Shown piece after piece: positions 9,767-19,711 of a DNA stretch of 64,000 nucleotides. Made by a program: the position numbers and the translations under genes. Each line of letters starts with the position of its first letter. Position 1 is the first letter of the stretch. The DNA is taken from assembly GCA_905478415.1 (NCBI GenBank), contig CAJQIG010000002.1, forward strand, positions 5,573 through 69,572, in the 5' to 3' direction. A model generated the notes under the pieces. That model did not search any database, had not been told where the DNA came from, and saw nothing but the letters and a program-made list of their open reading frames with translations. This DNA is from an uncultured Patescibacteria group bacterium. GTDB lineage: Bacteria > Patescibacteriota > Microgenomatia > UBA1400 > PJMF01.

Positions 9767-9839
9767 TGAGCCGAGAGGGACTTGAACCCCCGACCAGTAA
9801 GGTATAAGCTTACCGCTCTACCAGCTGAGCTATCGGCTC
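9767..9839 (-). tRNA. tRNA with anticodon UAU (Ile, decoding AUA)
   Basis: Hand-folded cloverleaf on the minus strand: acceptor GAGCCGA/TCGGCTC; U8; D-arm GCTC-AGCTGGTA-GAGC; anticodon stem GTAAG/CTTAC with loop C-U-UAU-A-C; variable loop TGGTC; T-arm GGGGG-TTCAAGT-CCCTC; discriminator A. No encoded CCA. Confidence 0.75.
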
Positions 9840-9896
9840 ACTCGCAGGTTGAACCATCATTATATACCAAGTGTTTATTTCTGGCGAAAGTAATCC

Positions 9897-10958
9897 GTGG
9901 TATACTACCCTGGTATGAAAAAGAAATTCACCTCCTTATTTACTACTCTAAAGGAACGATGGAAACTTACAATTTTTGTCTTGTTACTTCTCGTAGGTGG
10001 AGCATTCTTTTTCTTTAAACAAAGTGCTGCCAGTGAAGTTGAGCAAACGTTTATCACCCCAGAAAAAGGAAATATTACTGAGTCTATCGAACTCTCCGGA
10101 ACAGTAGATGCCAAAGAGCGAGCCCGCCTCAGATTTATTGCTGGTGGAAAGCTTACCTATCTGGGTGCTCAAGAAGGAGACCAGGTCAAAAAATGGCAAA
10201 CACTTGCAACTATCGATCAAGCTAGTTTACAAAAACAACTTGAACAAAACTTAAATCTCTACATGAAAGAACGCTGGGACTGGGAGCAAACACAAGATAA
10301 CATTGATGGCAACTACTTGGGAGAAGACGATGCCAGTCGCCGAACGATCGATAAAGAACAGTTTGACCTTAACAACACTGTTCTGACCGTAGAAATTCAA
10401 GATATTGCTATCAAAAATACCCGGTTGACTGCCCCATTTGAGGGTATCTTGGTAACATCACCTGCATCAGTAACTGGAGTCCAGTTGTTAGCTACTGATT
10501 ACTTCGAAATTGTGAACCCTGACTCAATTATCTTCAGAGCCTATGTTGATGAAGAAGATGTAGCTAAAATTCAACTCAACCAAATGAGCAATATTACTCT
10601 TGATGCTTTCGACAACGAAATTATAGATAGCACAGTGAACTATATAGCATATACCGCTCTCCAAAGCTCTGAGGGAACGGTATTTATTGTTGAATTCCCC
10701 CTAGAATACAGTGAAACAAGCCTGCCACTGAGAATTGGCATGAATGGAGATGTGCAAGTTGTCCTGAACCAAAAAGAAGACGTCATGACCATTCCAATTA
10801 TAGCTACCATTCAACGTGATGATCGCACCTATGTCCAAGTCAAAGCAGAAAATGGAACTCTTGAAGAGCGTGAAATTGAAATTGGCTTAGAGTCAGAAGA
10901 TTCGGTCGAAATTATTTCAGGACTTACCGAAAGTGACCAAGTCTTACTGCCAGAATAA
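9897..10958 (+). CDS. Efflux transporter periplasmic adaptor (HlyD/MacA family membrane fusion protein)
   Basis: N-terminal TM helix, coiled-coil middle region and a beta-barrel-like C-terminus. It immediately precedes the ABC ATPase and permease. Probable true start at MKKKF (~9915). Confidence 0.6.
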   Translation: MVYYPGMKKKFTSLFTTLKERWKLTIFVLLLLVGGAFFFFKQSAASEVEQTFITPEKGNITESIELSGTVDAKERARLRFIAGGKLTYLGAQEGDQVKKWQTLATIDQASLQKQLEQNLNLYMKERWDWEQTQDNIDGNYLGEDDASRRTIDKEQFDLNNTVLTVEIQDIAIKNTRLTAPFEGILVTSPASVTGVQLLATDYFEIVNPDSIIFRAYVDEEDVAKIQLNQMSNITLDAFDNEIIDSTVNYIAYTALQSSEGTVFIVEFPLEYSETSLPLRIGMNGDVQVVLNQKEDVMTIPIIATIQRDDRTYVQVKAENGTLEEREIEIGLESEDSVEIISGLTESDQVLLPE

Positions 10959-10963
10959 CGCGT

Positions 10964-11683
10964 ATGCTACTCCGCTTAACTACCGTCTCAAAACACTACA
11001 AGCTCGGTGGCACAGTCATTCGAGCCCTCGATAAAGTCACTGTTGATATTGACAGTGGTGAGTTTGTGGCCATCATGGGACCTTCTGGAAGTGGAAAATC
11101 AACCTTTCTCCAGGTAGCAAGCATGCTGGCACAACCCAGTGATGGAACTATCTTTCTGAAAGGAATTGATGTCACTGAGTATAATGAAATTGAGAGTGCG
11201 AAACTTCGAAATAAAGAAATTGGTTTCGTCTTTCAACAGTTTAATCTGCTCGCTAAAACAACAGCTCTTGATAATGTAAAACTACCCCTTGTCTATGGCC
11301 AGGTATCTGATCGAGAACAAAACAGACGTGCCAAAGAAATGCTTGATCGAGTTGGGCTCTCTGATCGAATGAACAACACCTCTGCTCAACTTTCTGGTGG
11401 CCAGCAACAACGAGTAGCCATAGCTCGAGCGCTGGTAAATGAACCAGCAGTCATTTTTGCTGACGAACCAACCGGAAACCTCGATACTAAAAGTGGTGAA
11501 GAAATCATGAAACTCTTGGTCAACCTTCACAAAGAAGGTAAAACCATTATTATGGTCACCCATGAAGAAGAAATTGCCGCCTTTGCTGACCGACTAATTA
11601 TGTTCAGAGATGGAAACATCCTTTCTGATACAAAAAAACGAAAAACAAAGAAAAAAACTTCTAAGAAGAAAGGCAAAAAATAA
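10964..11683 (+). CDS. ABC transporter ATP-binding protein (MacB/LolD-like)
   Basis: Walker [13 protein letters not shown] signature [15 protein letters not shown] and Walker [12 protein letters not shown]. Confidence 0.9.
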   Translation: MLLRLTTVSKHYKLGGTVIRALDKVTVDIDSGEFVAIMGPSGSGKSTFLQVASMLAQPSDGTIFLKGIDVTEYNEIESAKLRNKEIGFVFQQFNLLAKTTALDNVKLPLVYGQVSDREQNRRAKEMLDRVGLSDRMNNTSAQLSGGQQQRVAIARALVNEPAVIFADEPTGNLDTKSGEEIMKLLVNLHKEGKTIIMVTHEEEIAAFADRLIMFRDGNILSDTKKRKTKKKTSKKKGKK

Positions 11684-12894
11684 TGGGAAATGCCTTTAAA
11701 CTTGCCATCAAAGCTATCTGGATCAACAAAACTCGCTCATTTTTGACTACGCTTGGCGTTATTATTGGTGTTGGCTCAGTCGTGCTCCTCACCTCAATTG
11801 GAACTGGCCTTTCTGCCTTTGTCCAAGAACAATTCGACGCACTTGGTGCTAATACCGTTATTGTCTACCCAGGTGATATCTTTGGAGAAGATGGTGGATT
11901 TAGTCAAGAAGCACAACTCAGTGCGCTTTCTAACTCAAAATTAAAAATGAGTGACGTACAAGAACTAAGACGATTGCGAGAGTTCCTTGACATTGTAGTA
12001 CCAATGAACACCAGGCAGGAAACACTTTCATACCGAGGTTCATCAAGAAAAGTAAGCATTGTAGGTACCACACACGAATTCATCATTGCAAAAGCAAATA
12101 TTTTGCCAGAAACAGGCCGTTTTTTTACTAAAGAAGAGTCTGAAGGTGCCAAGAAAGTTATTGTCTTAGGACCAACTATTAAAGAAGACCTCTTCGGTAA
12201 TATCGATCCAATTGGCAAAAAAATGAGAGTTGGTTCAACCACCTACCGAGTTATCGGTGTAATGGAGGAAGCTGGAGGCGGTGGTTTTGGAGGCCCTTCA
12301 TTTGATACCTATGCATATATTCCTATCGAAACTTCTTTCAAACAGTTTGATAACAAGACTATTATCGAAATTATCACTAAAACAAAAAGTACTGATAATA
12401 TTCCAGAATCCATCGCAGCTATCGAGAAAACCATGTTAAAGAAATTCAAAGAAGATGAGTTTTCTGTTGTCGAACAATCTGATATTTTAGAAACAATTCA
12501 AGAAATTCTCGGAGTCCTTACACTTGGCCTCGGTGGTATCTCCAGTATTTCTCTAGTTGTCGGCGGTATTGGCATCATGAACATCATGCTTGTTTCAGTC
12601 ACCGAGCGCACCAAAGAAATAGGCCTCAGAAAAGCCCTCGGTGCTACCCCAAATGTGATTATGTTACAGTTTTTAATCGAGTCTGCACTGCTTTCAATCC
12701 TTGGTGGAACAATTGGTATCATCATTGCTCTTTTTGGAACTTGGGGACTACAATCCTTTTTTCCAGCCAAAGTCACCTTGGATGCTATTTTGCTCGCGTT
12801 CGGCGTTTCAACTGCCGTCGGCCTTATTTTCGGCGTGGCTCCAGCTCGACGAGCTGCTGGCCTTTCACCAATCGAAGCGCTTCGCTACGAGTAA
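11683..12894 (+). CDS. ABC transporter permease, MacB/FtsX family
   Basis: N-terminus [34 protein letters not shown] is typical of MacB-type permeases. A large periplasmic loop and a C-terminal FtsX-like 3-TM bundle are present. Start overlaps the ATPase stop. Confidence 0.85.
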   Translation: MGNAFKLAIKAIWINKTRSFLTTLGVIIGVGSVVLLTSIGTGLSAFVQEQFDALGANTVIVYPGDIFGEDGGFSQEAQLSALSNSKLKMSDVQELRRLREFLDIVVPMNTRQETLSYRGSSRKVSIVGTTHEFIIAKANILPETGRFFTKEESEGAKKVIVLGPTIKEDLFGNIDPIGKKMRVGSTTYRVIGVMEEAGGGGFGGPSFDTYAYIPIETSFKQFDNKTIIEIITKTKSTDNIPESIAAIEKTMLKKFKEDEFSVVEQSDILETIQEILGVLTLGLGGISSISLVVGGIGIMNIMLVSVTERTKEIGLRKALGATPNVIMLQFLIESALLSILGGTIGIIIALFGTWGLQSFFPAKVTLDAILLAFGVSTAVGLIFGVAPARRAAGLSPIEALRYE

Positions 12895-12940
12895 GTATCA
12901 CCTTCTCTACCTCAATATACTTTAATGCTATACTGATCTC

Positions 12941-13333
12941 ATGGGAAAGATAAAAACACTTTTTGGCACACTTGGATTACTGGGAGTTGTGGTAGTTGGA
13001 GGCTATTTCTACTCCAAGAACTCCAACTCATTACTGGCAAAAAAAATAGCTCCGCTTGTCGAAATAGTTGCTCCTACCATCGAAAAAGCCCCCTCACTTG
13101 CACAAGAAATAAAACTCCCAGAAGATGGCCTAGCAGAGGTCAGTACCCTCACAGAGCGTGGCAAAGAACTGACAGAGCATGTGGGAACCGTACTTGGAGA
13201 AAGTGTGGCTGAAGTTGACGCTGAAAAACAACCGCTACATGAAAGAGCCATTGAATATGGACAGTACTTATACTGTAAGGGAATTGTTGAGGAGTACGAG
13301 AGGACTCAACAAATCAAGACCACAGAAAACTAG
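12941..13333 (+). CDS. Small N-terminally membrane-anchored hypothetical protein (intact copy of a duplicated gene)
   Basis: MGKIKTLFGTLGLLGVVVVGGYFY is the anchor. The remainder is acidic and helical. A near-identical DNA copy occurs 817 bp downstream. Confidence 0.5.
   Translation: MGKIKTLFGTLGLLGVVVVGGYFYSKNSNSLLAKKIAPLVEIVAPTIEKAPSLAQEIKLPEDGLAEVSTLTERGKELTEHVGTVLGESVAEVDAEKQPLHERAIEYGQYLYCKGIVEEYERTQQIKTTEN
12957..13301 (+). repeat. Direct repeat copy 1 (345 bp, ~97% identical to 13774-14118)
   Basis: Manual base-by-base comparison; constant offset of 817 bp; about ten mismatches. Confidence 0.9.
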
Positions 13334-13731
13334 TTTTCAACAACTTGTTGTGCTCTGGAAATATGCATTTTTACGATAAAAGCATTAGGGCTAGTAGTAT
13401 CTGTTTCCAAAAAGTATCTAATTTGCCAACCACCCGCCGTTACTTTAAGATCAGTATCTCTTTCAAAAAAATCTCCTTCAGGTATATGAAACATTGTATT
13501 TAGTCCGTTAAATATTCCACCCAAAGAATCGCGTGCTTGCTCCCAAATTGATCGCACATCAGATTCTGAATGAAGATCGTTTTCTAGCAGTGCTTGAAGA
13601 GGAATCGCTATCATTTTCCCTCTTACTTCTAGTTGTTGTTGAGTTAATTCTTTTACTTGAGTTAATTCTTTTTGAGTTGGTACTTTTATATTAAACATTC
13701 GATCAGCAAAAGATGAATATGATTCTCCCAT
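13330..13731 (-). CDS. Hypothetical protein encoded between the two direct-repeat copies
   Basis: 133-aa ORF on the opposite strand in an AT-rich spacer. It has an internal KELTQ duplication and no recognisable motif. Confidence 0.4.
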   Translation of the reverse strand: MGESYSSFADRMFNIKVPTQKELTQVKELTQQQLEVRGKMIAIPLQALLENDLHSESDVRSIWEQARDSLGGIFNGLNTMFHIPEGDFFERDTDLKVTAGGWQIRYFLETDTTSPNAFIVKMHISRAQQVVEN

Positions 13732-13773
13732 AGCTTAGTTCCTTTTTACTTTTTGTCCATGATGGCATCATAG

Positions 13774-14118
13774 CACTTTTTGGCACACTTGGATTACTGG
13801 GAGTTGTGGTAGTTGGAGGCTATTTCTATTCCAAGAACTCCAACTCATTACTGGCAAAAAAAATAGCTCCGCTTGTCGAAATAGTTGCTCCTACCATCGA
13901 AAAAGCCCCCTCACTTGCACAAGAAATAAAACTCCCAGAAGATGGCCTAGCAGAGGTCAGTACCCTCACAGAGCGTGGCAAAGAACTCACTGAACATGTG
14001 GGAACCGTACTTGGAGAAAGTGTGGCTGAAGTCGACGCTGAAAAACAACCCCTGCACGAAAGAGCTATGGAATATGGACAGTACTTATACTGTAAGGGAA
14101 TTGTTGAGGAGTACGAGA
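13774..14118 (+). repeat. Direct repeat copy 2
   Basis: See copy 1. Confidence 0.9.
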
Positions 14119-14144
14119 CAACTAATTCAAAAATAGCAGACTAA
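13806..14144 (+). pseudogene. 5'-truncated duplicate of the 12941-13333 gene (lacks the N-terminal anchor; in-frame TAG upstream)
   Basis: The sequence upstream reads atgatggcatcaTAG. The ORF can only start at an internal GTG. The C-terminus diverges from the first copy (TTNSKIAD vs RTQQIKTTEN). Confidence 0.45.
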
Positions 14145-14149
14145 AAGAA

Positions 14150-17100
14150 CTAATCCCCTTCCCTAATATATCCATATTGGGCTTGCACAATCGGCTGATC
14201 AACCATCTTTGAGAGAAGAGGCTGCATCTCACGCAAGGTTTTTACTGAATCTATTGTCTTCAAGGTATTCTTGTCATACCAAAATGCATACACAAACCCC
14301 TTGATATCCATATAAATAATTTTATTTTCATTAGAAACTAACTCTTTATACATACCAAAGTCTTTAGTCCATTCAACTGACATCGTTTTCAAAAGTCTAC
14401 CTAGTAAAATTGGACCCGTTTTTTTCATCGTGAATCCCTCACTCTGTGAATACGCCGATCTTAAAAAATCTCTAACTTCCAATGGTATTTCTTCATTTTG
14501 AGATAACTCATCTATTATTTCAGTAGTCTTCATGTTAAAAACTCTTGACTGAAGCGTCAATAAGGTGAAAGAGGTGCTAGTTCCATTTTGCTCTATTTGT
14601 TTTTGCTTATCTTTACAGAGCATACTCAGTTCTTTTAAGTCATCTAATGCATTCATTTCATCAGAATTATCATTCTTTTTATACCACTCAAAAAAATCAC
14701 TAATCGAGTGATCTCCACTGGCTTCCCAATCTAAGAACATTTCTAAATTTACATTTTTAAGATTAACCCTTACTTTATCTTTATCGAAAAAATAACCACT
14801 ATTATGTTGCAAACCAACTACAATATTAAGTAAAAAGACCTGTTGACCAATGTCATCTAAAACTCCATCTGCCCACATTTTTTCTCCAAATTCTGCAATA
14901 TTCCCCCAGGAAGCCCCTCCCCATGGATCGTCTTGATCAAAACCTCTTGGGTCAATGAATTTCCCCTTTACTTGATGAAACATTACTCTGATTTCCTCTT
15001 CTGTTCCCTCTTGGTATAGTAAGCGGTTACTTCTTGGAGAAGCAGAAATAGCAAACTTGTCTTGTGCATGTTTAATTTCAGAATTAACTGCAAATACCAT
15101 ATACTCACGCACTTTTTTGAACAATGAAGTTATTTCATTATTTACTCTTTGTCCAAGTTTTTCGTTCAGTTCTAAAGTGGTTTTGTAGTTCTGTCTCAAT
15201 AAGACTAGGATATAATATCTGAAAATTTCTTTAAAACAATTGATCTCACGATAGGGCTCTCGTTCAATTTTTTCTTGTGGAGCAACCTCATTGCTAAGAT
15301 ATGTCTCAATTGAAATAAACTCATCACTTTTGTGTGGGAAAAGTTTTTTACCTAAAGCACACAGGCTTTTTACTGTCTCAAAATTTTTCGCAAATACTTC
15401 TTCTTTTATTTGTGACTTTAGCCATGAGTACTCACCTTCTCCATCTTGTAGTTCGATTTGGAACTCACTAATAAAAAAACAGAGCGTATCATATTCTTTA
15501 TTTTTGACGCAATCAATTAAAAACTGATTTTGCGTGTCAAGTTCTAGACTTCTGAAATCGTCTGCTACTGATGATCTATCAATATCTTTGAAGAGTGAAA
15601 AGTGTGTTAACATAACATCCGGATATACAGAAATGAACTTGTTCAAATACTTCATTTTTGCAGTAGGATCTAGGTACTTAAAATAGTACATTATATCAAC
15701 ATCAAAATAACTATTTGAACTTAGGATTGTTTCAGCTAGCTTCTTCTTATCCACTTGATGAAATGTTTCAGAATATTTTCTTATAATTTCAAACTGTGAC
15801 GCTTCTAAAAACCTTTCTCCTAAACGTTTAAAATCAATATTGGAATGCATAATTACATCCATATGAGAGGATAAAGGGTAGTTCAGCTCGCAGTTCCAAA
15901 ATTCATCAATAATCATGTTGTGGTGATCAGATAAATTGCTCCAGTATCTGAATACTTCATTATGAAATTCAGTATGAATCGTGGCTACTAGAACTTTTTT
16001 CAATTGATCTTGAGAAAGCTTTTCACTCCATTCTAGGAAGCAGTAAATCAATTTATCTTCCCCCATAGACTCTAACAACATGGTGATGTTTGCATTTGGA
16101 AAGTGTGACAATTTTTTTACTACAAAACCCTGGTAATTGTATTTAAGACAAAGTCTCATGAGTACATCTGGATCAATTTCTTTCAGATAGCCCCAAACCT
16201 TATATAAATGATCAACGCTAATTTGATTTCCTTCCATAGCTTTTTCAAGTACATCGAGCACATTAATACTGCTCTCAGTTTTCGATAAACATCGAATTAA
16301 AGAACCAAATTTTTTCTTTGCCAATAGTAGTTCAATAAACTTATCAGTATCGTATGATTCAAAATAATCAATGTATGTGAATACATCATGCCCATGGCCA
16401 GAGTCAACTATCTTTTCAAGTAACAACTCAGCTCTAATCTGCTTAAAAAAATCAAAGTTTTCAAATAGATAGTAAATACGGTAATTCTCAATAAAAGCTT
16501 CTGCAATAACTGTTCTATTACAACTTGAAAAATAATCTAATTCATCACTCAGTAGCCTCATATTTCCATTATCAATTAGTTTCTGAAGGATTAGATCTCG
16601 ATCAGCGTCAGGAAAACTTGATTCTGCTGCAATAAGAGACTCAACACAAGAATTTTTTAATGCATCCTGTTCTATCATCGCTAACTCTGCGGTAGAAAAT
16701 GAAAAGTCCTTAATCCTAGAAATTAAATATTCGATATTTCCTGTTTTTATAGCCATTTTTAATAGCCATGATTGATCTAGATCTTTAAAATATTGAGTGT
16801 TCTGAAAAACATATACACCTTTATTTTCAGCAAACATTGCCTTTGCTAGCTGCTTCATATCTATGTTTGACGTTCTTGCACTTTTAATCATTTCAGTACA
16901 AGAACGATAATTAAAAATAGATCTTGATAAGGACCTCATTTCATCGTAAGTTAATTCTTTTTTTAGTTCAAAAAATTGAGATAAAGCTTCACTTCCCCAT
17001 ACAGTATCTAAAACAAAATGGTTAGATTCAGCGTCAATAGGAAGAATACTATTAACTAATATATCCATACCTTGTTTTTTTAACTTAAGCACTAACTCTA

Positions 17101-17350
17101 AAAACCAAACTGGTTGTGAAAGTGATGTTTTTTCTTCTTTTATTTGAATAAATTTTTGAACAATTTCATCAGTGCTACTACTCAAAATAACTTCTCTGTA
17201 TCCCGCTAGGATCTCTTCTTTACCAGTATTTTTTCGTTCTGAAACTGAATCTTTTATTTCTTCATCTTTGGAATTGACTAAAAACAATTTAGAGATCACT
17301 TGTCTTCTTCTTGTCAACTCATGATTTTGTTTAATAATATGTTCATTCAT
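14150..17350 (-). CDS. Large (1066 aa) AT-rich orphan protein, co-oriented 9 bp downstream of the VirB4-like ATPase
   Basis: Uninterrupted ORF rich in K/E/D/F/Y. No TM segment and no recognisable catalytic motif. It looks visibly more AT-rich than its neighbours. Confidence 0.55.
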   Translation of the reverse strand: MNEHIIKQNHELTRRRQVISKLFLVNSKDEEIKDSVSERKNTGKEEILAGYREVILSSSTDEIVQKFIQIKEEKTSLSQPVWFLELVLKLKKQGMDILVNSILPIDAESNHFVLDTVWGSEALSQFFELKKELTYDEMRSLSRSIFNYRSCTEMIKSARTSNIDMKQLAKAMFAENKGVYVFQNTQYFKDLDQSWLLKMAIKTGNIEYLISRIKDFSFSTAELAMIEQDALKNSCVESLIAAESSFPDADRDLILQKLIDNGNMRLLSDELDYFSSCNRTVIAEAFIENYRIYYLFENFDFFKQIRAELLLEKIVDSGHGHDVFTYIDYFESYDTDKFIELLLAKKKFGSLIRCLSKTESSINVLDVLEKAMEGNQISVDHLYKVWGYLKEIDPDVLMRLCLKYNYQGFVVKKLSHFPNANITMLLESMGEDKLIYCFLEWSEKLSQDQLKKVLVATIHTEFHNEVFRYWSNLSDHHNMIIDEFWNCELNYPLSSHMDVIMHSNIDFKRLGERFLEASQFEIIRKYSETFHQVDKKKLAETILSSNSYFDVDIMYYFKYLDPTAKMKYLNKFISVYPDVMLTHFSLFKDIDRSSVADDFRSLELDTQNQFLIDCVKNKEYDTLCFFISEFQIELQDGEGEYSWLKSQIKEEVFAKNFETVKSLCALGKKLFPHKSDEFISIETYLSNEVAPQEKIEREPYREINCFKEIFRYYILVLLRQNYKTTLELNEKLGQRVNNEITSLFKKVREYMVFAVNSEIKHAQDKFAISASPRSNRLLYQEGTEEEIRVMFHQVKGKFIDPRGFDQDDPWGGASWGNIAEFGEKMWADGVLDDIGQQVFLLNIVVGLQHNSGYFFDKDKVRVNLKNVNLEMFLDWEASGDHSISDFFEWYKKNDNSDEMNALDDLKELSMLCKDKQKQIEQNGTSTSFTLLTLQSRVFNMKTTEIIDELSQNEEIPLEVRDFLRSAYSQSEGFTMKKTGPILLGRLLKTMSVEWTKDFGMYKELVSNENKIIYMDIKGFVYAFWYDKNTLKTIDSVKTLREMQPLLSKMVDQPIVQAQYGYIREGD

Positions 17351-17359
17351 AATAATAAA

Positions 17360-19711
17360 TTACAAATTCGACCGACTCGTAATCTCAGCCTGCACCACAT
17401 CCACATCTTTTCCATACTTGAGCCGAGATAACTGTTTAATCATATCTGCCTGTTTTGGGTTCATACGAGCTTCAATAGCAGCCATATCTTTCATCAATGA
17501 CATACTAAATGGCGGCACTGGCTCATTCTTTACGATTGTCTTTACATAGACATGATACTTTTCGATGTTTGTGAGATCTCCTTCGTTAAAAGTTGGCGCA
17601 AACTCATGCTGCAAAAAGTTTGCATCAGGAACACCGACGCGGAACGAAACCATAGTACCAACGTTACCAAAAACAGCATTCTTAACTTCTTCGTCAATCT
17701 GACTGACAAACTGATTGGCCACAATCAAGTTGAGACGATACTTGCGAGCCTCTGAAAGAATGACCGCAAAATCTTCGGTAGCATAATTCTGGAACTCATC
17801 AACATACAGGAAGAAGTCTTTACGATCGTGCATCGGAATGTCCTGACGAGACATAGCAGCAGTCAGTACTTTTGGAACTAAAATCAGTCCCAAAAACTTA
17901 GCGTCTTCCTCTCCTAGTACACCTTTTGAAAGGTTGCAGAGAATAATTTTTTGTTCATCCATAGCTTTACGAAAATTAAACGAACTTTCTGGCTGACCAA
18001 TAATATTACGCATGGTTTTGTTAGTCACAAACCGACCAAACTTAGAAACAATGTAATCCAAAACTTCGGACTTGTGGAAGTCAGAGGTTTGAGCCATCTG
18101 ATCAGTCCAGTACCGACGCACCACTGGATCTTTTACAAGCGGTAGCATTTCGTCAATATACTTTTGATCGGTTAAAATACGCACCAACTCAATAAAAGTA
18201 GTGCCTTTTTTGTACATAATAGTCAACATAGCATTACGAATAGCGTGCTCAAACCGAGGACCAATGATACCAGTGCGGTGCGGGTCATACAGTTTATACA
18301 TCAAACCAATAATTGATCCCACCACAAAGTGACGTTGCTCTTCGCTATCCGCCTCCATCATATTCAGACCCATTGGACGACTAAGGTCAGAAGGGTTGAA
18401 GTAAATGACATCGTCGGCACGTTCTGGAGGCATGAGTTGTAAGATATCTTCGATAAATTCTCCATGTGGGTCGACAGCACAAACACCATTGCCATTTTCA
18501 ATATCCTGCAGGATCATTTCTTTCAAAAACTCTGACTTACCAGTACCAGTCTTTCCAATAATGTACATATGCCGTCTACGGTCATCATCACCAATGTATA
18601 CTTCTCTCGATTCTCCTCTGTACTGAGACTTACCCAGTCTGAGTCCCTTGGTTGGAATATTGTGAGGAGCCGGAGCATGTTTAGCGTTCAGCCATCTGAT
18701 AAAGTGAGTTTCGATCATTTTACTTGGCAGATGGAACATGGTAGCTAATTCTTCGGAATTAAGAATCATTGTGTTCCGATTAAAAAGAGGCATGTAGCGA
18801 TACAAAAAGTCGATCATGAACAAGTGTTTCAAAAATACTCGTCCTTTTTTAATATTATTGTAGGCACTGCTGAATTGAGCAAAAGCTCCCAAAATGTTAT
18901 TAATGTGAGAGTCAGCAGAGTTTTCATCTGGAGAAGAAACAACAACTCTCAGAGCCACTGTGAAACCTACTTTTTCTGCTTTTGTGGTAATCGCCTCCAT
19001 CTCTTTTGGATCATGGTTGTACGAAGCTTTTTCTGGATCTGCTTCACGCTTTTTCTGCTTCTGTACGTACGATCGACCTTGATCCTGCCATTTTTTTGAT
19101 GCTGGCTGGAGCAAGATCTGCACAACAGCTCCTTCTCCTGGGCCCATCTTTGCAAGCGCAGAAGTAATCAACGATAATCCATCAGTTGGTAAATCTTTAT
19201 ATGGTTTCAGCGGTAAGTACTTGGCACGATCAAACGTCAGCGAAGCAAATGAAACTTTTCCTTTTTCACTGAAAATATTTATTTCGTCAACTTCCTTGAT
19301 ATCTGCGTTTGGATAAGCACCATGAACCTGCTTTTCGACGAAATCTCTAATTCCTCTGGAACAACTAACGTAAAAAGCAATTTCTTCTTTAAGTGCCACA
19401 ATCTCAAACGAGATAATATCGTCCGTCTTTAAAAAGGAAGTAACTCCCCTGCTTTTAAGCGCATAGAGGGCTGCAAACATTTGTTCGGCAGCATCAATTT
19501 TCGTTTCATTGTCTTTTGGTACTCTAATCATGAGCGTTACAAAGCTCAGCGCATACTTTTCACGATTACGATGCTTAAACCACTGCAGACCCATGTAGGC
19601 AAACACTCCAAGAATGATCCATAGAAAGAGCATGGCAAACAGCGCAGCTGTCACCGCTATGAGTTGTTGTAAAACTGTATTTGGATCCATTGCGTTTCCT
19701 CTAAAAGACAA
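17360..19711 (-). CDS. Type IV secretion ATPase, VirB4/TrbE/CagE-like (FtsK-HerA superfamily); a VirD4-type coupling protein is less likely
   Basis: N-terminal TM helix. Walker A IIGKTGTGKSEF sits at ~residue 385 of 783, which is VirB4-like placement. A VDPHGEF motif and Walker B FFLYVDEFQNYAT are present. Confidence 0.6.
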   Translation of the reverse strand: MSFRGNAMDPNTVLQQLIAVTAALFAMLFLWIILGVFAYMGLQWFKHRNREKYALSFVTLMIRVPKDNETKIDAAEQMFAALYALKSRGVTSFLKTDDIISFEIVALKEEIAFYVSCSRGIRDFVEKQVHGAYPNADIKEVDEINIFSEKGKVSFASLTFDRAKYLPLKPYKDLPTDGLSLITSALAKMGPGEGAVVQILLQPASKKWQDQGRSYVQKQKKREADPEKASYNHDPKEMEAITTKAEKVGFTVALRVVVSSPDENSADSHINNILGAFAQFSSAYNNIKKGRVFLKHLFMIDFLYRYMPLFNRNTMILNSEELATMFHLPSKMIETHFIRWLNAKHAPAPHNIPTKGLRLGKSQYRGESREVYIGDDDRRRHMYIIGKTGTGKSEFLKEMILQDIENGNGVCAVDPHGEFIEDILQLMPPERADDVIYFNPSDLSRPMGLNMMEADSEEQRHFVVGSIIGLMYKLYDPHRTGIIGPRFEHAIRNAMLTIMYKKGTTFIELVRILTDQKYIDEMLPLVKDPVVRRYWTDQMAQTSDFHKSEVLDYIVSKFGRFVTNKTMRNIIGQPESSFNFRKAMDEQKIILCNLSKGVLGEEDAKFLGLILVPKVLTAAMSRQDIPMHDRKDFFLYVDEFQNYATEDFAVILSEARKYRLNLIVANQFVSQIDEEVKNAVFGNVGTMVSFRVGVPDANFLQHEFAPTFNEGDLTNIEKYHVYVKTIVKNEPVPPFSMSLMKDMAAIEARMNPKQADMIKQLSRLKYGKDVDVVQAEITSRSNL

